A stretch of 28,061 nt of DNA from Campylobacterota bacterium (GCA_051746405.1 JBNJFB010000028.1:1-28061), one strand, 5' to 3'; positions 1 to 8,401 are shown, counted from the stretch's first letter. Notes: generated by a model from the letters alone, not told the origin. Numbers and translations: made by a program.

Positions 1-177
1 GATGGAAAATTTTTTAGAATGTACAATGAACTTCCTACTATGTTATCTATTTTAATAGTTACGTATGTGATTACAAAGAGCTTTTCTATAATATTTACAT
101 TTTTAATAATTGCACTATTTGCTTTTATTTCATACAAGATAATGAAATCAAAAAAAGATTTGGAAGGTATAAACTAA
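1..177 (+). CDS. hemJ: 3' end of protoporphyrinogen oxidase HemJ (CopD/HemJ family), 5'-truncated by the window
   Basis: Not in the ORF track. Frame 1 reads DGKFFRMYNELPTMLSILIVTYVITKSFSIIFTFLIIALFAFISYKIMKSKKDLEGIN* with TAA at 175-177, directly before the next ATG. KFFRxxNExPT followed by a hydrophobic helix is the HemJ C-terminal signature. Confidence 0.8.
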   Translation, partial: DGKFFRMYNELPTMLSILIVTYVITKSFSIIFTFLIIALFAFISYKIMKSKKDLEGIN

Positions 178-1584
178 ATGACTAATAACTTTGAAAAGTT
201 CTATATATTAGATACAAATATACTACTTGAAGATGCAAATAATATATTTAGGATATCTCAAGATGGCAAGAACTTAATAATACTACCAGAGACCGTTTTA
301 GATGAAATTGATAGTAAAAAAAGTGGTTTTAATGAGATAAATTTTCAAGCTAGACAATTTGCTAGAATTTTAGAAAACTCTCAAATAATTGAAACAAATA
401 AGATAAATGATTTTAAAATTGTAAGAGTAAAAGTTGATTACGATACGATTATAGATGTAGTATCAAAAGAGGAGTATAGTGTAAAAACTAGCAACACCTC
501 TACTCATATAATAAACGATAGGAAGATATTAGAAATAGCTGTTTTTAGTAAAGGATACTATAAAGACTCAACTGAGTTTATCTCACTTGATATAATGGCA
601 AGGACAAGAGCCATATCACTTGATATCAAAACAAACTCTCTAAGTGGCTCAAAAGAAGAGGATTTTGACTATATGTTTATTAAAGACTTTACTATAGACT
701 TTAATCAACAAGAACATCTTGATAATCAACTAATTACAAATTTTGATAAAGATTATAAGCCCCACAACTTTTGTTATAGTTTTAAGATAAAAGATTCAGA
801 CCAAGTAATACTTACCACTATACAAAATAAAAGAATACAGCTAATTGATGAAACTGACATAAGAAATCAAATAATTACACCATTAAATAAAGAGCAACTA
901 CTTTTCTCAAACGCATTGTTAAATCATTTTTTTAATGTACTTATAGTTGAAGCTAAAGCAGGTTCAGGAAAAACACTTTTAGCTTTAAGTGCAGCGATTA
1001 GACTTATAAGACAGAAAAATTTCCAAAAAATAATATATATTAGAAACTCAATTGAATCACTAGATAAGGGTGAAGATGTTGGATATTTACCTGGCTATGA
1101 AGAGAAATTTAAAATCTATAATCATCCACTAATGGATAGTTTAGATTATATTGTTAGAAGTGATTATAAAAAAAGAAAAGGGAAAAGAAGCAATCATCAA
1201 GAACAACAGCTAGATGAAAGTGAAGTTACAAATAGAATAGAGCAGTTAATAGCCAACTATAACATTGAAACAATGTGGGTAGGTGAGATGAGAGGTAGAA
1301 CCCTTTCTAATGCCTTTGTAATAATTGATGAAGCACAAAACATGTCTAACAAAACTATGCAGATGGTGCTATCAAGAGTTGATAGTAGCTGTAAAGTTGT
1401 AGTACTTGGTTCTAATAAGCAAATAGATAACTTCTATGTAAATAAATATACTAACTCATTAACAACCCTATTAAAATCAACAAAACAAGAAAGCACTTTA
1501 GTAAATAACTTTGCAATAAGATTAGAAAAAGTACTAAGAGGTCCAATTACTGAATGGGCTGAACAGATATTTTCAAAAAAATAA
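178..1584 (+). CDS. PIN domain-PhoH ATPase fusion (PhoH2/YlaK-like)
   Basis: N-terminal PIN motifs ILDTNILL, ETVLDEID and NDRKIL. C-terminal PhoH motifs AGSGKT (Walker A), GYLPG, RGRTL, IIDEAQN and VVLGSNKQID. Confidence 0.92.
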   Translation: MTNNFEKFYILDTNILLEDANNIFRISQDGKNLIILPETVLDEIDSKKSGFNEINFQARQFARILENSQIIETNKINDFKIVRVKVDYDTIIDVVSKEEYSVKTSNTSTHIINDRKILEIAVFSKGYYKDSTEFISLDIMARTRAISLDIKTNSLSGSKEEDFDYMFIKDFTIDFNQQEHLDNQLITNFDKDYKPHNFCYSFKIKDSDQVILTTIQNKRIQLIDETDIRNQIITPLNKEQLLFSNALLNHFFNVLIVEAKAGSGKTLLALSAAIRLIRQKNFQKIIYIRNSIESLDKGEDVGYLPGYEEKFKIYNHPLMDSLDYIVRSDYKKRKGKRSNHQEQQLDESEVTNRIEQLIANYNIETMWVGEMRGRTLSNAFVIIDEAQNMSNKTMQMVLSRVDSSCKVVVLGSNKQIDNFYVNKYTNSLTTLLKSTKQESTLVNNFAIRLEKVLRGPITEWAEQIFSKK

Positions 1585-1606
1585 AATTTCATAAAAGAGG
1601 TGTATC

Positions 1607-2536
1607 ATGAAAATTGTAATATTAGATTCACAAACATTAGGTGAGGATATTGATTTAACTGTTTTTGAAAAATATGGTGAACTAGTAGTTTATGAAACAA
1701 CAAATGATAAACAAACTGCAAGCCGCATCAAAGATGCTAATATAGTTTTAACAAATAAAGTAGTTATAAATCAAAAGCATATGCAAGAGGCGAAATCTTT
1801 AAAACTAATATGTATTACAGCAACAGGTATGGATAATATTGATACAACTTATGCTAAAAACAACAATATAGAAGTTAAAAATGTAGCTGGTTATTCAACA
1901 TATAGTGTAATGCAAACTACAATACATTTAGTATTAAAATTCATACAAAACTTAGACTACTATGATAAATATACAAAAGATGGTAAATGGCATGATTGTG
2001 ATATATTTACAAATCTTGATAGCCCATTTTCTCAAATAAAAGATAAAAATTGGGGGATAATTGGACTTGGTGAAATAGGAAAAGCAGTTGCAAATGTAGC
2101 TGTTAGTCTTGGAGCAAATATATCTTATTATTCAACTACTAATAAAAACCATAATACACAATATGAGCAGAAAACTTTAGAAAGACTTCTTAAACAATCT
2201 GATATTATTACAATACATTGTGGACTTAATGATATGACTTATAATTTGTTAAATAAAACAAATCTCAATATGATAAAAAATGATGCCATACTAGTAAATG
2301 TGGGAAGAGGTGGTATTATAAATGAAGAGGATTTAGTAGAGATATTTAATAAAACAGATATTAAAGTAGCCTTAGATGTTATAGAAAAAGAGCCTATTGA
2401 TAGTCTTTGTCATATAAACAAAATACTAAATAGTCCAAGATTTATACTAACTCCACACATAGGTTGGTCATCTAAAGAAGCAAGACAACTACTTATAAAA
2501 AAGCTTATAGCAAATATTGATGAATTTGTGTTATAA
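1607..2536 (+). CDS. NAD(P)-dependent D-2-hydroxyacid dehydrogenase (glycerate dehydrogenase/hydroxypyruvate reductase-like)
   Basis: ATGMDNID, Rossmann motif GIIGLGEIG, catalytic NVGRG, LDV.EKEP and TPHIGW; GAGG RBS upstream. Confidence 0.9.
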   Translation: MKIVILDSQTLGEDIDLTVFEKYGELVVYETTNDKQTASRIKDANIVLTNKVVINQKHMQEAKSLKLICITATGMDNIDTTYAKNNNIEVKNVAGYSTYSVMQTTIHLVLKFIQNLDYYDKYTKDGKWHDCDIFTNLDSPFSQIKDKNWGIIGLGEIGKAVANVAVSLGANISYYSTTNKNHNTQYEQKTLERLLKQSDIITIHCGLNDMTYNLLNKTNLNMIKNDAILVNVGRGGIINEEDLVEIFNKTDIKVALDVIEKEPIDSLCHINKILNSPRFILTPHIGWSSKEARQLLIKKLIANIDEFVL

Positions 2537-2557
2537 TATGTACTATGTTACGTACTA
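2529..2557 (+). promoter_or_regulatory. Extended -10 promoter (TGtTATAAT) with two GTAC-core operator-like sites
   Basis: TG at 2529-2530 and TATAAT at 2532-2537. GTACTA at 2540 and 2552 (12-bp period). AGGAG RBS at 2557-2561 before the ATG at 2567. Confidence 0.6.
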
Positions 2558-2566
2558 GGAGTTTAA

Positions 2567-3025
2567 ATGAATCTATTGCAATATACTTCAAAAGAGATGT
2601 TCTCATCAACTGAACTTATTAGGAAAAGCAAAACTGTTTTTGATAAAATAAGTTCAAAACAGATTGAAAAAGCAGTTATTTTAAGAGACGGAAAACCAAG
2701 TTTTATGCTTATGGATTTTGAGAAATATGAAGATTTAATATCTAAATATATTGAACTAGAAGATGAAATAAAATCTTTAAAAGAGAATAAAAAAACAGTA
2801 AAAGCAAAGCAAGTCAATGATGATACTGTTAAAGCAAAAGAGTCAATACCAAATAGTGGTGAAGATATAAACAATAAAGATTTAGAAGCTGCACTTCAAA
2901 GGATAGAAGAGCTTGATTTAAAAAGTCCATCAACTAAACTTACACAATCTACCCAAAATGAAGAGAGTGTAAAAGAGGAAAATAAATTAAATCAAAAGCA
3001 ACCATTAAATGATTTTTGGGAGTAG
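2567..3025 (+). CDS. Phd/YefM-like DNA-binding (antitoxin-type) domain with a long charged C-terminal extension
   Basis: N-terminal EMFSSTELIRKSKTVFDKI...KAVILRDGKPSFMLMDFEKYE follows the Phd/YefM pattern (S-x-T-E-[FL]-x-R ... I-x-R-x-G-K-P-x-x-x-[LM]-x-x-x-E-x-Y-E). It is followed by a coiled-coil and low-complexity tail ending PLNDFWE. Confidence 0.65.
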   Translation: MNLLQYTSKEMFSSTELIRKSKTVFDKISSKQIEKAVILRDGKPSFMLMDFEKYEDLISKYIELEDEIKSLKENKKTVKAKQVNDDTVKAKESIPNSGEDINNKDLEAALQRIEELDLKSPSTKLTQSTQNEESVKEENKLNQKQPLNDFWE

Positions 3026-3036
3026 GGTAAGCTATT

Positions 3037-3070
3037 TCATTACAATGTTTCACATGAAACATTGTAATGA
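3037..3070. terminator. 34-bp palindrome between convergent genes (probable bidirectional terminator) containing a parS-like core
   Basis: TCATTACAATGTTTCA (3037-3052), CA, TGAAACATTGTAATGA (3055-3070): perfect 16-bp arms located between the stop codons at 3025 (+) and 3078 (-). Confidence 0.7.
3046..3061. other. parS-like centromere site (ParB/Spo0J binding)
   Basis: TGTTTCACATGAAACA matches the widely conserved parS TGTTTCACGTGAAACA at 15 of 16 positions; the single mismatch is central. Confidence 0.7.
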
Positions 3071-3077
3071 GTATTTA

Positions 3078-4142
3078 CTATAAATTATCTTTTAAATAGA
3101 GATAATCAGACATTCTTGTCCAGTCTCTAACCTTATTTTGATATGCTTTTTGAGACTCTAATATCTTTTTTAATAGTGGGTTTTCACTTGACATCTCTTC
3201 TCTTAACTGATGATTTACTTTCTTCATCTCATCAATAACTTCCTTTGGAAAAGTCTTAACTTTTATATTTGGATACTGTTCAAACATATCCTGTAAAGCT
3301 AATGCAGATAGATGATAGTTTTTTATGTATAAATCATAAGAGCTAACTCTCATAGCTGTAGTTAGTATTGATTGTAAATCTGAAGGAAGTTTTTTATAAA
3401 CTCTTTTATTTATGAAAAACTGTGTTTCTGCACCTGGTTCGTGCCAACCTGTGTAATAGTATGAAGCAACTTTATGGAAGCCCATCTTTATATCCATTGA
3501 GGGACCAACCCACTCAACTGCATCAATTGTATTTCTTTCTAATGCTGTATATAGTTCACCTGGAGGCATATTAGTGACTTGTACTCCAAGTTTTGCTAAA
3601 ATCTCTCCAGCAAAACCTGGAATTCTCATTTTTAATCCATCTAAATCCTCAATAGAGTCTATCTCATTTCTAAACCATCCACCCATTTGAACACCTGTGT
3701 TTCCACCTGGAAAAGCTAATATCTTATGCTTATTATATACCTCTTTCATAAGCTCTTCTCCACCACCATAATAGAACCATGAATAATACTCAGGTGCAGT
3801 TAGACCAAAAGGCATTGTCGTAAAAGGCATTGTATTTATATCTTTACCTTTAAAAAAGTATGATGCTGTATGACCCATATCATATTGTCCAGCTTTTACC
3901 ATATCTAAAATACCAAAGGGTGATTTATGTCTGTTTGAAGAGTGAACCTCTATATCTAATCGTCCATTAGACATATCTTTTGCCATCTTTGCCATGCTTT
4001 TTGGAGCATCAATTAGTGGAGTACCACTTTTTCCCCAAGTTGCAGCAAGTTTTAGTTTATATACTCTATCATTTGCTTGTATTGCAACTGTAGATAAAAC
4101 TAAAAGTGAGCATACTGCTAGTTTACTTATTCTTTTTTTCAT
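3078..4142 (-). CDS. dctP: Orphan TRAP transporter substrate-binding protein (DctP, TakP-like monocarboxylate/2-oxoacid subfamily)
   Basis: Signal peptide; GVQMGGWF, GLKMRIPG, LERNTIDAVEWVGP and YYYTGWHEPG motifs. No dctQM adjacent. Closely similar to 22333-23406. Confidence 0.88.
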   Translation of the reverse strand: MKKRISKLAVCSLLVLSTVAIQANDRVYKLKLAATWGKSGTPLIDAPKSMAKMAKDMSNGRLDIEVHSSNRHKSPFGILDMVKAGQYDMGHTASYFFKGKDINTMPFTTMPFGLTAPEYYSWFYYGGGEELMKEVYNKHKILAFPGGNTGVQMGGWFRNEIDSIEDLDGLKMRIPGFAGEILAKLGVQVTNMPPGELYTALERNTIDAVEWVGPSMDIKMGFHKVASYYYTGWHEPGAETQFFINKRVYKKLPSDLQSILTTAMRVSSYDLYIKNYHLSALALQDMFEQYPNIKVKTFPKEVIDEMKKVNHQLREEMSSENPLLKKILESQKAYQNKVRDWTRMSDYLYLKDNL

Positions 4143-4207
4143 CCTAAACTCCTATGTAAAAGTTTAGAAATTATATATTTATATAAATATTTTTTTGCTT
4201 AATTTTA

Positions 4208-5530
4208 TTAATTTAGTTTAGATGCTTTTTTAATAGAGTTTTGACTAAACTGTTTAATCTTACCTATGCTATCTAATACAAATTTACTTTGACTTACACT
4301 TTGAGCTCTACTTTTCCAAATATCATATTCTGTAGATAAAGTATTTAAAGTCATATCAAGCAGAGTAATATCATAACTATTTGTTGTTTGAGAGTTACTA
4401 AGTGTATATAAATATAAATCAATAAGTAAATCAACTGTATAGTCCATACTATAGCTAGTGGCGCTATTATAACTTGATTGTTTTAAAGAGTTTAAACTCT
4501 CTTTATCTAGTTTATAAATATCTTCAATAGCTTTTGAAAATGCTTCGATATCTTCTTTAGGTACTAATATACCATTTTTACCGCAAACCATTTCACTTAC
4601 AGCAGGAGCATCTAGTGCAACAACAGGAGTTGAACAAAGCATCGCTTCTGCTAAAACCATACCTTGAGTTTCACTAGTTGAAGAGAATACAAAAAGATCC
4701 ATTCGTTTATAAAATGCCAACAAATTATCACCATTTTGATTTCCAAGAAAATAGACTTTATTAGAAACCTCATGTAGTGTAAAAATATCTTTTAAGTCAT
4801 TTTCTATATCTCCACTTCCTGCAATAGCAAAAGCTGCATTCTTATTTCTTTGTAAAAATAGTGCTACAGCTTTTGCTAAAAAAAATTGATTTTTTTCAAG
4901 TGCTAATCTACTTACATGTCCTATTAAAAAAGTTTCATCACTAATATCAAATAACTCTTCCATATTTTTATTAGAGTTCTCTTTGTTTTTTTCATATTCT
5001 ATTCCTGTTGGAATGACTTTTATAGGTGATTCAACACCTCTGTCTTCTAATAAAGCTTTTATACTTTTACTTGGTGCAATTACTCCATCACATAAATTAC
5101 AATACTCAACAGCCATTTTTTTAGCCATCTTTTTTAAAACTTCTGACTCAAAAGGTACATAATGAGTGTATCGCTCATAGAGAGTATGATGTGTAAATAC
5201 AATAGGTATCTCTCTTCTTCTTGCAATTCTAAGTGCACTTATACCTAATAAAAAAGGATGGTGGGAATGTACAATATCTGGATTAAACTCATCAATAGCT
5301 CTATTTTTAAAAATCACTGAGGGCATTGATAGTGAGAAGTCACTGCCATTAAAATTCTGCAAAGCTTCAACTCTTAAGACATCACTATCAAACTCTTCAT
5401 TTTCAAAGTGTGGAGCAATTATTAGTACTTTATGACCTCTTTTTTGTAAAGCAGTTTTAAATCCTGCAACTGAGTTAGCAACTCCACCCACATGTGGAAG
5501 ATATGTATTTGTAATCATTAAAATTTTCAT
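4208..5530 (-). CDS. GT4 (GT-B) glycosyltransferase, diacylglycerol glucosyltransferase-like
   Basis: MKILMITNTYLPHVGGVANSV, PDIVHSHHPF, THHTLYERYTHY and SETQGMVLAEAM motifs. Start placed at the ATG at 5530 (MKIL...) rather than the TTG at 5548 used by the ORF track. Confidence 0.85.
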   Translation of the reverse strand: MKILMITNTYLPHVGGVANSVAGFKTALQKRGHKVLIIAPHFENEEFDSDVLRVEALQNFNGSDFSLSMPSVIFKNRAIDEFNPDIVHSHHPFLLGISALRIARRREIPIVFTHHTLYERYTHYVPFESEVLKKMAKKMAVEYCNLCDGVIAPSKSIKALLEDRGVESPIKVIPTGIEYEKNKENSNKNMEELFDISDETFLIGHVSRLALEKNQFFLAKAVALFLQRNKNAAFAIAGSGDIENDLKDIFTLHEVSNKVYFLGNQNGDNLLAFYKRMDLFVFSSTSETQGMVLAEAMLCSTPVVALDAPAVSEMVCGKNGILVPKEDIEAFSKAIEDIYKLDKESLNSLKQSSYNSATSYSMDYTVDLLIDLYLYTLSNSQTTNSYDITLLDMTLNTLSTEYDIWKSRAQSVSQSKFVLDSIGKIKQFSQNSIKKASKLN

Positions 5531-5554
5531 AAGCGAAATATTACCCAAACTTTC

Positions 5555-6244
5555 TTAATTGCTTCTATGGATATAGAGTTTTTTAACTAAAACAGGAAGT
5601 AATACAAGAAACCCTAATAAAATAAATGACAGTGCAATTTTAAAACTAAATATATCATCAATAGAGTTAAGTGATGAGAGTGATACACCCATATTTACAT
5701 ATACAATTGTCCCAGGAATAAGTCCAATAAATGTGGGAATAATATACTGTTTATAAGAAAGATTAGCAGCTCCAAAAAATAGATTTACCCAAAAAAATGG
5801 TAAAACTGAACTAACTCGAATAGCTAATACATAGTAAGCCCCATTTTTATTAACTGCTTTTTCAATCTTTTTTACTTTTTTTCCATAGCGTTTATGTAAA
5901 TATTTATATAAAAAAGATTTCCCTAAATAAAATATAAATATTGAAGCAAAAACTGCACTAACTACTGTTATTACAACTCCAACACTAAGAGTATAAAAAT
6001 ATCCACTTAAAATAGCTAATATCGCTCCAACTGGCAGTCCAATTGATGACAATACAATATAAATAGCAAAATAGACTAATAAAGACAAAAGAAAACTATT
6101 TTTTATAAAAGCTTCAATTTCATTTGAATATGTGGATACAAATTTAAGTGAAGCTTCATTTAAATTAAGACTATTTAGTACTGTATATAGTAAAACAATA
6201 ATTAAAATAGAAAAAATAAAAGATTTTTTTTTATAAAATTTCAT
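5555..6244 (-). CDS. TVP38/TMEM64 (DedA/VTT domain) membrane protein
   Basis: Hydrophobic protein with LPVGAILAILSGYFY, IRVSSVLPFFWVNLFFG and TFIGLIPGTIVYV, typical of YdjX/TVP38 proteins. Confidence 0.85.
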   Translation of the reverse strand: MKFYKKKSFIFSILIIVLLYTVLNSLNLNEASLKFVSTYSNEIEAFIKNSFLLSLLVYFAIYIVLSSIGLPVGAILAILSGYFYTLSVGVVITVVSAVFASIFIFYLGKSFLYKYLHKRYGKKVKKIEKAVNKNGAYYVLAIRVSSVLPFFWVNLFFGAANLSYKQYIIPTFIGLIPGTIVYVNMGVSLSSLNSIDDIFSFKIALSFILLGFLVLLPVLVKKLYIHRSN

Positions 6245-6246
6245 TA

Positions 6247-6543
6247 CTAAAAGTCATGTAAATCTTTAAATAAATAACCCTCAATAATCTCATCAATACT
6301 CTTTTGAGTTCGTGCTATTAAAACTTCAACACCTTCATCTAAAAAAGGCCATGCAAACTCTTGTTCATTTATTACTATTAAGCTATCTATCCAATCTAAG
6401 ATATCTTCTCTTCTTTCATAAAACTCAACATCACAAATTTTTCCCTCATCAAGTCTTACTAAAGCCCATGCTTTATTCTCTTCAATTGAAGCGATTGTAC
6501 ACTCATGTCTACTTTTATTATTAACAGGTATTAATACTGTCAT
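6247..6543 (-). CDS. Small acidic hypothetical protein, possibly NifB/NifX (FeMo-cofactor biosynthesis)-like fold
   Basis: GAGGA RBS and 2-nt spacing to the next gene. The pattern M-x-V-L-I-P-V ... GVEVL ... SIDEIIEGYL resembles NifX/NifB-like small proteins; the fold is an inference. Confidence 0.55.
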   Translation of the reverse strand: MTVLIPVNNKSRHECTIASIEENKAWALVRLDEGKICDVEFYERREDILDWIDSLIVINEQEFAWPFLDEGVEVLIARTQKSIDEIIEGYLFKDLHDF

Positions 6544-6602
6544 AGTATCCTCTTTATAAATTCTTTTATATATAATTATATTTGATTTTACAATTTTTTA
6601 TC

Positions 6603-8396
6603 TTAAGATAAAAACTCTTTTTTATACCACAGTGAAAATACAAATAGAGCGTATAGATGCTGTTTAAACTTATTTTTCAGAGATAATTCATAAATATACA
6701 AAATGTACTCTTTATTAAATAGATCAGTTTTACTATTTACTTCAAGTATAAGCTCTATTATATAATCTTTATACTCTTTTTGTAACCACTCATGATATGG
6801 TGAATTAAAACCTTTTTTTTGTCTTGTAATAATCTCACTTGGTATATATTTTAAAGCAATTTTTTTCAACAGATACTTATTTGTATCTCCTAGCTTTAAT
6901 TTTGAATCTACACTAAACATATAATCAACTAGTTTATAGTCTAAAAATGGCGTTCTTGTCTCTAAAGAGTTATTCATAGATATCTTATCAACCTTTGGCA
7001 ATAAAACCTCTCCTAGCCAAATCTTTAAATCTATATAACTCATCCAATCAATTGGATCATCTTTTGGTTTTTCTGTTTTATATGTTGGAACTTTTTTAAA
7101 TAGCCTCTTTTTTTGTGGTTGAGTATATATTTCACCAAATGAGTTATATAAATTCTCTTTTTTTATAACTCTTCTTAAATATTCACTCTCTTTATTTTCA
7201 GCTTTAAGTGAAGATATGATTCCATTTAAAAACTCATTTTGATTTTGACTCAAGGAGTCTTTAAACTCATAATACCTATAGAACTTCGAATAATTATCAT
7301 AACCTAAAAATATCTCATCACTTCCTTCACCTGAAAGTAATGTTCGCACACCACAACTACTAACTTTTTTTGTTAATATATTTAAAGGAATTGCAGCAGA
7401 GTCTGCATGGGGTTGCTCCAAGATATCAAGGGTGCTTTCAAAGTTTTCTATAAAATCAGCTTTAGAAATCTCAACTGCTGTATGATTTGAATTAATATGC
7501 TTTGATAAAATATTTGCATAATCTAATTCACAATAGTTTTTATACTCACTATATCCTATTGAAAACGTATTTATCTGTTTATTTGAGAGTTTACTATAAA
7601 CTGCACTAATCAAAGAACTATCAATCCCACCACTTAGTAAGCAGCCCATATTTACATCAGATTTTAATCTACTATTTACAGAGTCAAAAAGCAGCTCTTC
7701 AATTTTTTCTAAAGCCTCTTGTTCATCAAAAACTTTTTTCTTAGTCTTTATTTTATAAAACTTTTTTTCATAAAAGCTATTGCTCTTTTTATTGGGTTCA
7801 TAAACCAAAAAAGATCCTGCATCTAATTTATATATATCTTGAAAAAAAGTATCTTTTCCAAAGGAAGCAAAATATTGCATATATTTTGATAAGGCTACTT
7901 TATTTAATGCTGGCTTTTTATCTAGTAGATTTACAATAGGTTTAATTAAAGAAGAGAAGATAAACTTCTTATCTTTAAAGTAAAAAAAGAGAGGTTTTTT
8001 CCCATATCTATCCCTTGCACAAAAAAACCTTTGCTTTTTTATATCATAGATACAAAAAGCAAACATTCCATTTAGCTTATTTAAAAAATCAAACCCATAT
8101 TTCTCATAAAGTCTAATTAAAACCTCACTATCACTTTTTGTTGTACAAATAAGATTTTCACTTTTTATCAAATCTTTATAGTTGTAGATTTCACCATTAA
8201 AAACTAAAACTATATCATTAAAAACCATGGGTTGATTGGCTTCAATGTCTAAATCAATTATTGAAAGTCTTGTATGACCAAACTGATTATTATCAACAAT
8301 ATAGGATGATTGATTATCAACACCTCTATTTTTTAAAAGTGATAATGAACCCTCAAACTTTTTTGAAATAAAATTACTACCTAAAACTCCACACAT
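6603..8396 (-). CDS. asnB: Asparagine synthase (glutamine-hydrolysing) family amidotransferase
   Basis: N-terminal MCG (Ntn Cys), GHTRLSIID, FNGEIYN, RDRYGKKPL, LLSGGIDSS, LSGEGSDEIFLGY and ETRTPFLD. Confidence 0.9.
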   Translation of the reverse strand: MCGVLGSNFISKKFEGSLSLLKNRGVDNQSSYIVDNNQFGHTRLSIIDLDIEANQPMVFNDIVLVFNGEIYNYKDLIKSENLICTTKSDSEVLIRLYEKYGFDFLNKLNGMFAFCIYDIKKQRFFCARDRYGKKPLFFYFKDKKFIFSSLIKPIVNLLDKKPALNKVALSKYMQYFASFGKDTFFQDIYKLDAGSFLVYEPNKKSNSFYEKKFYKIKTKKKVFDEQEALEKIEELLFDSVNSRLKSDVNMGCLLSGGIDSSLISAVYSKLSNKQINTFSIGYSEYKNYCELDYANILSKHINSNHTAVEISKADFIENFESTLDILEQPHADSAAIPLNILTKKVSSCGVRTLLSGEGSDEIFLGYDNYSKFYRYYEFKDSLSQNQNEFLNGIISSLKAENKESEYLRRVIKKENLYNSFGEIYTQPQKKRLFKKVPTYKTEKPKDDPIDWMSYIDLKIWLGEVLLPKVDKISMNNSLETRTPFLDYKLVDYMFSVDSKLKLGDTNKYLLKKIALKYIPSEIITRQKKGFNSPYHEWLQKEYKDYIIELILEVNSKTDLFNKEYILYIYELSLKNKFKQHLYALFVFSLWYKKEFLS

Positions 8397-8401
8397 AATA
8401 C

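Noticed and set aside
6224..6232. T9 tract near the 5' end of the DedA/TVP38 gene as a phase-variation site
   Set aside because: A/T runs of this length are common in such AT-rich DNA, the frame is intact, and I saw no long poly-G/C tracts of the Campylobacter type.
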